DNA of 64,000 bases, from positions 1,120,001 through 1,184,000 of the forward strand of contig CAWGJT010000010.1 in NCBI GenBank assembly GCA_963822965.1, read 5' to 3'. The position numbers and the translations under genes were made by a program. The notes under the pieces are model-generated. The model did no database searches. It worked only from the letters and a program-made list of their open reading frames with translations, and was not told the origin of the DNA. The DNA comes from an uncultured delta proteobacterium. Its GTDB lineage: Bacteria; Myxococcota_A; UBA9160; UBA4427. Position 1 is the first letter of the stretch; each line of letters starts with the position of its first letter. Positions 49,317-59,212 of this stretch are shown here, piece after piece.

Positions 49317-51437
49317 GTGACCAGGCTGCTCCCCCTGCTCGTCGCCCCTCAGCTGGCCGTCTCCTGCCTTCCGTCACGAGCTTCCACGCTCACCGTTACC
49401 AGCAACGCCGACGACGGTAGTTCGGGTACGCTCCGCAGTCGGATCGCCGCCGCCGCACCCGGTGACACGATCGACTTCGCCGTCACGGGCACCATCGTGT
49501 TGGTTCAAGGCCAGATCCTGCTCGACAAGGACTTGACGATTCAGGGTCCCGACGCCGACCTGCTGGTCATCGATGGCAACCGGCAGAACCGGTTCGGCGA
49601 GCGGATCTTCGCGACTGCGCCTGGCGTTCGCATTGTCTTGAGCCAGCTCGATCTCCGGAACGCAGGAGCCTACGCCTTCGAGGAAGACATCGATGGAGGA
49701 TGCATTCTCAACGAGGGAGAGCTCACCCTTCGCCAGGTGAAGCTCGAGGAATGTTGGGCCTCGAGAGGCGCCGCCATCTACAACGCGCTCGGGGCCTCGG
49801 TCGAGATCTACGACTCTCTGCTGACCGAGAACAACGTCGCGTACCAGGGGGGAGGCATATTCAACTCCGGGTATGCGGGTTTGATCCGGACCCAGATCCT
49901 GGCCACAGCCGTCCTCGAGAGTTACGACGGATTCACCGTCTACAACGACGGAACCATGCGTCTGCAGGAGGCGACGCTGAGTGGAGGCACCATCGGAGGA
50001 TGGGCGGTACACAATCTTGGAAGTCTGACCGCCGTGTCAACGACGTTCTATCAGAGCTGCAACATCCGGAACGAGGGAACCGCGGCGCTGATTGCAAGCG
50101 AGGTCGACTTCGGCAGCAATCCCTGCGGTGCCCTCGAGGACAAGATCTCCAACAGTGGGATCATGCGATTCGTCGCCTCCACCCTCACCGGCGGAGACAA
50201 CCTCGGGGCGGGGCTCGAGAACTCCGGCATGCTGACAGTCGACCGATCGACGATTCGCGACAACAGAGGCGCGAGTTGGGCAGGCATCCGCACTACGGGA
50301 ACGGTCATCGTCGTCAACAGCACGATCAGCGGTAACACCTCGACCGACTACGGCGCGCCGGCGAGCTCTGGGGTTGCCGTGCAACCCGGTGGACAAGCGT
50401 TCATCTACAACTCGACCTTGGTGTCACCCACCCTATCGAACGGGATCTACGGACCTGATAACGACCCACCGCTCAGTGGTGGAGAGATCACGCTCCGAAA
50501 CACGATCGTTGCGCGATCCAACCTAGACTTCCCCTGCGTGACGCCCCCGGATGAGTCCTGCAAGATCACCTGCGCGACGACGGGCATCGACTCGCTGGGC
50601 GGCAACATCTCGTCGCACTCGAGCTGCAACGACCAGGCCGTGCAGGGGAGCTTCCTGACCCAGTCACCCGATCTCGGCCCGCTCCAGGACAACGGCGGTC
50701 CCACGTGGACCCACGCGCTCCTCGCCGGCAGCCCTGCGATCGACTACGGCATGACCTGCACCTGGGACGACGACCTCGATCCGAAGACGCCCGAGGTCCC
50801 GCTTCTCTCCGATCAGCGCGGCTGGCTGCGGCCCGCGCGCTCGGCGTGCGACAGCGGCGCCTACGAGTTCGGCTCGGCTCCGCTGCCTCGCGTGGTGGGA
50901 CATCGCGTGCTCGACTGCACGGCCCACGAGGAGATCGCCACGTTAGCGTCGGGCGAGCCGTTCAGCGTCGACCTGGCCCACGTGGCGCAGCCGGCCTGCC
51001 TGGGTGTGGGGGTGCGCATCGAAGCGAACGCGACCTCGGGCGACGGCTCGGTCGGCCACGACTACACGCCGGCGTACGGCGAAGCGGTGACGTCCCCCTA
51101 CGAAGGCGAGAGCTACGAGCCCTTCGCGATGATGGGCGACTACGGCTGGGTCGTGCCCGGCGAGATCGCAGCGTGTGAATGCGACAACCCGGAGCGGGGC
51201 GACCTGACCTGGCCCGGCATCCACACGATCACGTCCACGCCCTGCTCGGCCGACGTCGTGAGCTGGACGTCCGGCGACAAGGCCGCCCAGTGCGAGGCGG
51301 CGGGGGGCCTCGCGGGCGTGCCCTTCACGACGAGCCTGGAAGTCGTGCCCGAGCCCAGCACTCCTCCCCTCCTCGGCTCGGGACTCCTTCTCCTGGGATA
51401 CCTGAACAGGCGTCGCGGTCGGAAGCGACTGCGCTGA
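49317..51437 (+). CDS. Secreted beta-helix / choice-of-anchor Q-like surface protein with PEP-CTERM tail
   Basis: Signal peptide, TVTSNADDGSSGTLR, GGxI(F/Y)N repeats, LGPLQDNGGPTWTHALLAGSPAID, CDSGAYE, VPEP-TM-RRRGRKR. Confidence 0.85.
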   Translation: MTRLLPLLVAPQLAVSCLPSRASTLTVTSNADDGSSGTLRSRIAAAAPGDTIDFAVTGTIVLVQGQILLDKDLTIQGPDADLLVIDGNRQNRFGERIFATAPGVRIVLSQLDLRNAGAYAFEEDIDGGCILNEGELTLRQVKLEECWASRGAAIYNALGASVEIYDSLLTENNVAYQGGGIFNSGYAGLIRTQILATAVLESYDGFTVYNDGTMRLQEATLSGGTIGGWAVHNLGSLTAVSTTFYQSCNIRNEGTAALIASEVDFGSNPCGALEDKISNSGIMRFVASTLTGGDNLGAGLENSGMLTVDRSTIRDNRGASWAGIRTTGTVIVVNSTISGNTSTDYGAPASSGVAVQPGGQAFIYNSTLVSPTLSNGIYGPDNDPPLSGGEITLRNTIVARSNLDFPCVTPPDESCKITCATTGIDSLGGNISSHSSCNDQAVQGSFLTQSPDLGPLQDNGGPTWTHALLAGSPAIDYGMTCTWDDDLDPKTPEVPLLSDQRGWLRPARSACDSGAYEFGSAPLPRVVGHRVLDCTAHEEIATLASGEPFSVDLAHVAQPACLGVGVRIEANATSGDGSVGHDYTPAYGEAVTSPYEGESYEPFAMMGDYGWVVPGEIAACECDNPERGDLTWPGIHTITSTPCSADVVSWTSGDKAAQCEAAGGLAGVPFTTSLEVVPEPSTPPLLGSGLLLLGYLNRRRGRKRLR

Positions 51438-51458
51438 CGGGGTCGCGGTCGCGCATGT

Positions 51459-51829
51459 TCATCCGCGCGAAGCGCGGCGCCGGCGCAGGCCCGCCAGGGC
51501 GAGCAGGCTCGTGATCGCGAGGGCATGAGCCTCGGACTGTTCGATGGCCGCGAAGTCGTTGCTGGCCAGGGCGGCGACGATCTCCTGCACCGCCACGAGA
51601 TGGTCGCGCATGTTCTCCTTCTGATGGTTCGCCATCATCGGCAGCAGGGGAATGGGCGCCCGAGCGTCCAGCTCGTCGAGCACCACGCCAGGGCTCTCCG
51701 GCGTCCCGGCCTGCGCGAACGTCAGCGGCTCGGGAGGCGTCGTCTTCCAACCGCCCTCACCCGGCCCGCCGCAGCCCATGAGCACCGCGAGCGCGGGCAG
51801 CTCATCCGCCAGGCGATGCGGTCGTTCAT
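51459..51829 (-). pseudogene. Truncated cytochrome c'-like lipoprotein fragment ending in a TM/basic tail
   Basis: Lipobox LMGC and IPLLPMMANHQKENMRDHLVAVQEIVAAL, but no CxxCH; ends AITSLLALAGLRRRR. Confidence 0.45.
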
Positions 51830-51968
51830 CCTGTCCTCTTCGCCTCTCGTCAACACCGAAACGACGCTACACCGAGCGAGCGTGGCACGCCGTACCCAGA
51901 ACGACGGAAGACGCCACGCGATCGTCGGGTTTACCGGTGGGTCGCCGACCGCCAGGCCGAGTGGGCTA

Positions 51969-53090
51969 CTAGGCGAGCGCCATGAAGCGCCGCGGGTTCT
52001 CGCAGACGATGCGCCGGAGGGCGTCGGGGCTCGCAGCCTCGAAGGTCTGCTGCGCCGCCTCGTACGCCCCGGGGTAGGTGGAGTCGAAGTGGGGGTAGTC
52101 CGAGCCCCACAGGATGCAGGACAGCAGGTCCTTCTCGATCATCCAGCGCAGGCCCGTCAGCTCGTCGGCCTCCATGGACACGAAACACTGCTCCCGGAAG
52201 ATCTCGCTCGGCGGACGCACCAGCCACGGCGTGTGGCGACCCATCACCTCGAAGTGCTCGTCGAGCCGGTCGAGCCAGTAGGGAATCCAGCCGAGGCCGC
52301 TCTCGAAGAAGCCCACCCGCAGGCCGGGGAAGCGGTCGCAGACCCCGCCGGCGATCAGGTCCATCACCACGGCCATCTGTCCGAAGGGGTGTGCGACCAT
52401 GTGCTCCATGAAGAGGTTGTCGTCGTAGCGACCGCGCGCGAAGCCCGGCATGCGCGTGCCGAAGCTGCCGTGTACGCCCACGGCGATGTCGTCTGCCTGG
52501 GCGACGGCCCACAGCGCGTCGCAGCGCTCGTCGTAGAGCGCGAGACCGTTGAAGCGCTCCGGCCGCACCGCGAAGCCGGAGAGCCCGAGCCCCGCCAGCC
52601 GCTTCGCCTCGGCCACGGCGAGGTCGACGTCCTGGAGCGGCACGATGCCCATCCCGAACAGCCGCTCGGGGCTCGCCTTGCAGAAGTCGCTCATCCAGTC
52701 GTTGTAGGCTCGACACGTCTCGGCCGCGACCTGCGGATCGCGGATGTCGCCCCACAGCAGGTGGATCGACGGAAACAAGAGCGCCTGGTCGATGCCCTCC
52801 GCGTCGAGCACCTCGACCCGCGCCTTCGGGTCGTGGCTGCCGGGCAGGATGTCGGCCCAGGTGAGGTGGCGTCCCGGCTCCATGCCGCCCGGGATGCACG
52901 CCTCGGCCGGGCCGGCGCCGGCGCCGGCGGTCTGGACGTGGCCCTCGATGCAGAGGCGGCTCCGGCCCTCGACGGTGCGGATCTGCAGCACGCGGTCGCG
53001 GTACTCCGCCCGCGTGTACTCGGTCCAGACGAGCTCCGGCTCGCAGATGTGGCCGTCTCCGTCGATCACCACCTCGGGGCGCCCTGCCAT
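51969..53090 (-). CDS. Amidohydrolase_2 family metallo-hydrolase
   Basis: IDGDGHICEP, RAYNDW, FESGLGW, WGSDYPH. Confidence 0.9.
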   Translation of the reverse strand: MAGRPEVVIDGDGHICEPELVWTEYTRAEYRDRVLQIRTVEGRSRLCIEGHVQTAGAGAGPAEACIPGGMEPGRHLTWADILPGSHDPKARVEVLDAEGIDQALLFPSIHLLWGDIRDPQVAAETCRAYNDWMSDFCKASPERLFGMGIVPLQDVDLAVAEAKRLAGLGLSGFAVRPERFNGLALYDERCDALWAVAQADDIAVGVHGSFGTRMPGFARGRYDDNLFMEHMVAHPFGQMAVVMDLIAGGVCDRFPGLRVGFFESGLGWIPYWLDRLDEHFEVMGRHTPWLVRPPSEIFREQCFVSMEADELTGLRWMIEKDLLSCILWGSDYPHFDSTYPGAYEAAQQTFEAASPDALRRIVCENPRRFMALA

Positions 53091-53248
53091 GCCGTCATGC
53101 TACTGCGGGCGAGCCCGCGACGGAAGCGCGAGCGTACCGGCGGTAGGGTCGGCCCGATGGCCCTGCTCCGCGCCGTGGGCACGTCGTCGCAAACGGCTCC
53201 CGAGATCGAACCCTCTGCCATCTTCCGGTCGCTGCGCACTTCAGGCCG

Positions 53249-53617
53249 CTACCGGCGGTCTTTCTGGAGCTCCTGGACGGTCAGGTCCGTCTTCCACGAG
53301 CTGAGTCTCGTCCCGCTGAAGATCAGGGTGACGGCGGGGTCGGAGTACTCCCACACGTCGTAGGCCCTGCGGCGCTCGGGCCTCGCTCCCGCCATCGGGG
53401 GCCCATCTCCTTCGGTCTCCTCCTCGACGGTCATCACCGAGGTTCTCGTCGGCGGGCCCCATTCCTCGAGGAAGGCCTCGCGGTGCAGGCCGCGGATGAG
53501 GATTCCCCGCCGGATGTACGACTCGTGTCTCGCCAGCGAATCCGCGCAGGCGCTGGCGGCGGCCGCGGCCAGCAGTGCGAGCACGACGGCCCTGCGGGTC
53601 CTGTCTCGGTTCGTCAT
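53249..53617 (-). CDS. Hypothetical lipoprotein
   Basis: Basic N-terminus, hydrophobic stretch, lipobox ASAC; WGPP...VWEY (SmpA/BamE-like pattern). Confidence 0.6.
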   Translation of the reverse strand: MTNRDRTRRAVVLALLAAAAASACADSLARHESYIRRGILIRGLHREAFLEEWGPPTRTSVMTVEEETEGDGPPMAGARPERRRAYDVWEYSDPAVTLIFSGTRLSSWKTDLTVQELQKDRR

Positions 53618-53844
53618 CCGAAGCCTCCTGCTTTGCCAGCCACCCGCCGCCCGACCGCTTCGGTCGCACGCATCGGGTGACGGTGCCGGATGCCCGTCCG
53701 CGATGCCAGCGGGCGCCGCAGGAGCGCCTGCGTGGGTCGACCGGGTCCGGGCCGCCTAGCGAAGGACGCCTTCTTCTCTTGTGAGGTGCCCGGCGAGCGT
53801 GCATCATCGGCCGCGAGCGCACGACGCGTTCGGGGGCTTCGCGC

Positions 53845-55343
53845 ATGTCCGAGAGGGACGCCGACCGTCAGCTGCTCGCCATCATGTTCACCGACGTGGT
53901 GGGCTACACGGCCATCACCGAGCGCGACGAGGCCAGCGCGGTGCGCATCCGCGAGGCCCACCGCAATCTCGTCCACACCCTGGTGCAGCAGTTCGGGGGC
54001 GAGGTCGTGGACGTCACCGGGGACGAGTCGCTCTCCATCTTCGCGAGCGCGCTGCGCGCCGTGGACTGCGCCATCGCCATCCAGAGCGCCCTGCGAAGCG
54101 ACCCGGACCTGCGGCTTCGCATCGGCATCCACCTGGGCGACGTGCTCCGCCGCAATGGCGAGGTGATCGGCGAGGGCGTGAACGTGGCGGCGCGGGTGCG
54201 GCCGCTCGCAGAGCCCGGCGGCATCTGCGTTTCCGAGCCGGTGTACCAGATGATTCGCAGCCGGGCGCACGTGACTGCGCGCTCCATCGGGTCGCGGGCG
54301 CTCAAGAACGTGGGCGAGCCGGTGAGCGTCTACGCGCTCTCGGCCAGCGAGGCCCAGGCCGCGGCACCCCCGAAGCGGCGCGGGCGAAGGCTCGCCACGC
54401 TGGCGGGAGTGGGTCTGCTCGTCGTCGGCCTGCTAGTGGTCTACCGCGCACCCGTCCTCACCTGGCTCGCGCTCAACCTGCCGCGGCTCACGGGAGGCTC
54501 CGTCGAGCAGCAGATCGGCTTCGCGACCAGCCCCGACGGCGTGCAGATCGCCTATGCGACCGCCGGCGAGGGCCCGCCCCTGGTGCTCGTGCTGGGATGG
54601 AGCACGCACCTCACCGAGGGCATCGGCAGCCCGCTCTACGACCAGGCGGGCTCCCTCGCCTGGTGGACGCGCGACCACCGGGTGGTGCGCTACGACGGCC
54701 GCGGCTTCGGGCTCTCGGATCGCAACGTGACGGACTTCTCCCTCGAGGCCCGGGTGAGCGACCTCGAGACGGTGGTCGATGCCCTGGGGCTCGAGCGCTT
54801 CGTGCTGTACGCCTACTCCGCCGGGGGGCCCACCGGCGTCGAGTACGCGGCGCGCCACCCCGAGCGGGTATCGCGTCTCGTGCTGGCCGCCACGTTCGTC
54901 TCCCGCGGTGACGATGCCGAGCGAACCGAGGGGCTCGCGAGCCTCATCCGCTTCATCGAGACCGGCTGGGACACGCCGGCCGCCCGTGCCGCGATGATCC
55001 AGTTCCTGCACCCGAGGCGAACGACGTCCAGCGGCGGCTGCTGATGCACTTCCTGGGTGTGGCCGCCGACGCCCCGCAGATCGTGGGCTTCCTGCGAGCC
55101 ACGGGCGCGATCGACGCGTCGGCGCAGGCCCGGGCGATTCGCGTGCCCACCCTGGTCATCGCGAGCGACACGGATACCACAGTGCCGCTGGCGTCCTCGC
55201 GGCGGGTGGCGTCGCTGGTTCCGGGGGCGCGCCTCGAGATCGTGGAAGGCGCCAGCCACATCGGCGCCTGCATGCTCGACCCCCGCGTCATGGAGCTGGT
55301 GGCCGGCTTCCTCGCCGAGGAGACCGACGCCGGCCTTCGCTGA
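53845..55343 (+). CDS. Class III nucleotide cyclase + TM + alpha/beta hydrolase fusion (one frameshift)
   Basis: MFTDVVGYT, TGDES, RIGIHLGDV, GVNVAARV; TM LAGVGLLVVGLLVVY; RYDGRGFGLS, AYSAGG, GASH. Confidence 0.85.
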
Positions 55344-55424
55344 ACTCGCGCGGGGCTTCACCAAGCGAACGTCAAGACCGACAGCCCAGCATCGTCCCGG
55401 GGTGTCAACGCGAGGAGTTTTCCC

Positions 55425-58187
55425 CTACGGGCTTGGAGGACCAGGAGATCCGTCTAGGGCGGCCGCCCAGAAGAGCGGCCAGTCGGCCAGGTCGACGAAG
55501 CCACCCGCGGCCACGCCGTCCCCGTTCATGTCGGACGCCGCGCCCTCCTTCGGGTCGGGCGAAAAGCTGGTGCAGTCGAAAACTTCGAAGACTAGCGTCG
55601 GGTTGTCGACACACAGATCGTTCAGAAATTCGAGGACGTCCCCCTGACCGCACGCATGCAACGCGTCGTTGGTCAAGTCGCAGTCGCAGGCATTGCCGAC
55701 CCCATCCTGGTCCGAATCGACCTGGCTCGCGTTCTGAACCCGCGTGCAGTTGTCCACGCCGTCGAGAATCCCATCTCCGTCGGCATCGTCGGAAGTCACG
55801 ATGCCCGACGGACCGGGTCCCTTCCCTCTCGCCGCCAGTGCCGCAAGGACATCCTGCATGTCGACTACCCCGTTCGAATTCAGGTCCGGCACCGGATTCG
55901 TGCTGACGCTTGCAGCCATCTGCTGAATGCGATCGACGTCATCCGAGTCGACGTCGCCGTCGTCGTCTACGTCTGCGTCGCACGCGTTCCCGTAGCCATC
56001 TGCATTCGCGTCGACCTGGTTCCCCACGGCATCACCGGGCCCGTTTGCGACGGTGCGACAGTTGTCCTGCACATCGGGCACCCCGTCGCCGTCGTCGTCA
56101 TCGTCGCAGGCATCGCCCGCTCCGTCCCCATCCGTGTCGAGCTGATCGACCTCGAGAAGCGAGACGAAGGGATCGAACTGGTCTACGAACGGGCAGTTGT
56201 CGAGCGGATCGGGGAGACCATCTCCGTCCGAATCGAGCTGCTCGGGGTTCGGGAAGAGGGGACTGTTGTCGCACGCATCGCCGACTCCGTCTTCGTCCGT
56301 ATCCACCTGCGAGACATTCGCAACTTGCGGGCAGTCGTCGCAGGAGCCTCCAATCCCGTCCGCGTCAGGATCGCTCGAGTCCGCGTCGGTCGGGCAGTTG
56401 TCCAGGGCATCGGCAACGCCGTCCGCATCCGCATCGCTCACGCTGGGATCGGCCTCGGGAAGAACGGCAGCAACCTGGCACCGGGTGGTGCAGCCGTCCC
56501 CATCGTACACATTGCCGTCGTCGCACTCCTCCCCCGCCTCGAGCGCGCCATTGCCACACAGCGAGCCTACGACGATGCCGGTCTCCCAGGGGACCGCATC
56601 GCCAGACTGAAGAGGTTGAAAGATGTCCCAGGTCGCCACGCCGTCGATGTTGCGGTAGAGGAGAACACCCGAAGCGGGGAGGCCCCAGAGGCTTCCATCG
56701 TAGTAGCCGATGGAAGGGTAGCTCCTTGGCATCGTCGCCTGCGTCAGCGTGGCGCCGTCGCTTGCACTCAGTTCGAGGAGCGTTGCGCCCCCCTCGGCTG
56801 CCGCCCATAGCGTGCCGTTGGCGTCGTCGAACGCGAGGTCGGTTACGGAGCCGGGAACGATCGCCCCCAGCGTCGTACTGGCGGCCGTGGCAGGGTCGAC
56901 GGCAATCAACGTGCTTGCACCCGCGGCGTCCACGGTTACCCCAAGAAGCGTCGTCCCCGCGAAGATCAGCGCGGCCACGTTTGCATGGTCGAGCTCACCC
57001 ACCTCGACGACCCCCGCCCCGTGCGGCTCAGCCCGCAACAGCACGTCGTTGCTCCCGGCCTGTCGGGCCGCCGTGTAGAACGTCATCGAATCGGGAAGAC
57101 GAGCGAGTCCCTGGGTGACCCGTCCCAGATCCAGAATGGGCGTCTGCTCGCGAGCGGGGTAACGCAGCTGGAAGAGGGTGTCCGACCCCCAGAGTCCACC
57201 CGGCACCCGGCTGCCAGCGATCTCCAGGCCCGACGCGGTGAAGTAGACCGTTTGCGCCACGTGGGCATTGAGGGCCTTCTCGGCACGAGATGCGCACGGA
57301 ACACACTGGGCAGCGCGCGGGAACAGAACCACCTGATTTGTCTTCTCACTCGTCGATGGGTCTGGAACTTCCGGCTCGCTCGCAACGGTGCAGGCCCGAC
57401 ACTGGCCCTCGTCGGAGCAATCCGTTCCGCGAGGGGCGAAGCCGCTGGGAGTCGTACAAGCCGGGTCGGAGTCGACGCAGCGACCCTGACCATCACAATA
57501 GCCTCGCCCGCTGTTGCATGCGGTGAAGCGCGGGACCGCTCGAATGCCCCCCATGCGAACGAGACACTCCGCGTCGCCGTCTGGCGCGGCCGCCGCTATG
57601 TAGGCGTTGCACTGCCACTGCTCGAGCGAGCGTGGCGACACATTCGCGGGGTACTGGTCATGCTGGTTGCACGGAAGGACTCCGTCGCTTCCGGCCATCA
57701 CGCCGCTGAGGCAGTGTTGAAGACCGACAAGGTGCCCGGTCTCGTGCACGAGAGTCTTCCCTCGTCTGTCTGCGAAGTTCGTTCCGGCCAGCAACCAGAT
57801 GCTTCCCGTCGCGAACGATGCGTTCCCAGCATCCTCGAGCCCCGCTACCAAGAGAACCGTGTCGTCGAACGGGGGGACCGGGATGCCCGGCACGAAGCCA
57901 TTCTCATCCACGGACGCTTCTTCCATGAGGTCGAGCCGGATGTTGCCCACGCCGATCTCGACGGGGCAGTAGGTGTCGAGGTCCTGGTCCACGCCCTGCA
58001 GGACGTTGCTCGCTTGTCTCGCCATGCCGCGGATTCTCGAGACGGTTTCCTTGGTCGTTGCCGCCTGAGCGGCGGGGTGGACCACGTAGTCGAACTCGAT
58101 GACGTTCAGCGGTACGGGGTCCGCGTGGGCGTCGGGCACGCCCATCAACAGTGCCAATGCAAGGAGCGCGTGGATCCTGTGGTGCAT
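55425..58187 (-). CDS. Large secreted protein: zinc-metalloprotease motif, beta-propeller-like region, Myxococcus Cys-rich repeat, thrombospondin type-3 repeats, dockerin/EF-like motifs
   Basis: Signal peptide MHHRIHALLALALLMG; HETGHLVGLQH; CGNGALEAGEECDDGN; multiple DxDxDGxxDxxDNCP; DLNSNGVVDMQD. Confidence 0.8.
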   Translation of the reverse strand: MHHRIHALLALALLMGVPDAHADPVPLNVIEFDYVVHPAAQAATTKETVSRIRGMARQASNVLQGVDQDLDTYCPVEIGVGNIRLDLMEEASVDENGFVPGIPVPPFDDTVLLVAGLEDAGNASFATGSIWLLAGTNFADRRGKTLVHETGHLVGLQHCLSGVMAGSDGVLPCNQHDQYPANVSPRSLEQWQCNAYIAAAAPDGDAECLVRMGGIRAVPRFTACNSGRGYCDGQGRCVDSDPACTTPSGFAPRGTDCSDEGQCRACTVASEPEVPDPSTSEKTNQVVLFPRAAQCVPCASRAEKALNAHVAQTVYFTASGLEIAGSRVPGGLWGSDTLFQLRYPAREQTPILDLGRVTQGLARLPDSMTFYTAARQAGSNDVLLRAEPHGAGVVEVGELDHANVAALIFAGTTLLGVTVDAAGASTLIAVDPATAASTTLGAIVPGSVTDLAFDDANGTLWAAAEGGATLLELSASDGATLTQATMPRSYPSIGYYDGSLWGLPASGVLLYRNIDGVATWDIFQPLQSGDAVPWETGIVVGSLCGNGALEAGEECDDGNVYDGDGCTTRCQVAAVLPEADPSVSDADADGVADALDNCPTDADSSDPDADGIGGSCDDCPQVANVSQVDTDEDGVGDACDNSPLFPNPEQLDSDGDGLPDPLDNCPFVDQFDPFVSLLEVDQLDTDGDGAGDACDDDDDGDGVPDVQDNCRTVANGPGDAVGNQVDANADGYGNACDADVDDDGDVDSDDVDRIQQMAASVSTNPVPDLNSNGVVDMQDVLAALAARGKGPGPSGIVTSDDADGDGILDGVDNCTRVQNASQVDSDQDGVGNACDCDLTNDALHACGQGDVLEFLNDLCVDNPTLVFEVFDCTSFSPDPKEGAASDMNGDGVAAGGFVDLADWPLFWAAALDGSPGPPSP

Positions 58188-58238
58188 CGTTCGGCCTCCT
58201 CCTCCGCGGTCCGCCACCGTTGCCTGTCGCAGGACCCG

Positions 58239-58254
58239 GGGCACGCATTGTGCG
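58239..58254 (+). promoter_or_regulatory. Possible sigma54 promoter
   Basis: GGGCACGCATTGTGCG (GG-N10-GC with CACG), pointing toward the PEP-CTERM gene at 58517. Confidence 0.35.
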
Positions 58255-58516
58255 CACGACGGCAGCGAGCACTCAAGAGGAATCCGGCACGTCCAACCAA
58301 TCGGGGCTCGAGCGAGCCGGGCCGTTGGCTGGAGTGAGGCGCCGCCATGATGGAGGAGTTCGCTCGTGAAACCGACCACTGCCTCAGGCTGCAGGCGATG
58401 CACCGAGCAGACGGGGCAAGCGGGCTTGCGGAGGGGCCGACGGGCGTCAGCGCTTGCCCTGTGAAATACTCCGGTCACCCCCCAGACAACCTGAATACCG
58501 AAGTGGAGCCCTCCCC

Positions 58517-59212
58517 ATGAGTTCTCTGGTCTGCGCGACCCTGCGCGCCTGCGTATCACCCTTCCGTTCGACCCTGTCTCGGCCGCCTTCTGCGTGCTTC
58601 CGCCCTGCCCTGGGCCTCTTCGTCGCCCTGGCGCTGGGCGGCTGGGCGGCGCCCGCCGCGGCCCAGGTGTGCACGAAGCAGTTCCAGCTGGTGGGCTTCT
58701 CGAGCTCCACGTTGAACGGCAACGCCGGGGTGTTCGCCATGACGAAGGCCTGTCAGGAGGACTTCCCCGAGAGCCGCATGTGCACGAGCGAAGAGGTGAT
58801 GAACACCGTCACGATTCCGTCCATCACGGCCCAGAACGCGTGGGTGCGGCCCGCCATCCGTTCCATCGGGACGGGCGGCGTGGCGGTACTGGCGGATGCC
58901 TCGGGGCGCGACAGCGGCATCCAGGCCGGGTCCGATCCTTCCGATCTCACCTGCCGCGGCTGGACGGACAACGGCTTCCAGGGGCTCACGGTGACGACCT
59001 CGGGCGGCTTCGTGCCCCAGGTGTGCACCGCGCGCCGGCCCGTGGCGTGCTGCGCGCTCATCCGGGTGCCCGAGCCGCCGAGCGCGGCCCTGCACGGCGG
59101 CGCCATGGCGGCCCTGGCCTCGCTGGCGGCGGCCATGAAGAGCCGGCCCGAGCTTCCGCCCGTCGAGATGGCAAGGCTCGTCTCCGAGGATCCCCTGCTG
59201 GTGAGCCGCTGA
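58517..59212 (+). CDS. Small Cys-rich secreted protein with PEP-CTERM-like motif
   Basis: Signal peptide ending APAAAQ; ACQEDFPESRMC, CRGW, CTARRPVACC; VPEPP followed by a hydrophobic stretch. Confidence 0.7.
   Translation: MSSLVCATLRACVSPFRSTLSRPPSACFRPALGLFVALALGGWAAPAAAQVCTKQFQLVGFSSSTLNGNAGVFAMTKACQEDFPESRMCTSEEVMNTVTIPSITAQNAWVRPAIRSIGTGGVAVLADASGRDSGIQAGSDPSDLTCRGWTDNGFQGLTVTTSGGFVPQVCTARRPVACCALIRVPEPPSAALHGGAMAALASLAAAMKSRPELPPVEMARLVSEDPLLVSR

Noticed and set aside
55700..56560. Repeated sequence resembling a CRISPR or DNA repeat array
   Set aside because: The repeats are degenerate and in-frame, encoding TSP3 DxDxDG motifs. There are no identical repeats with spacers and no cas genes.
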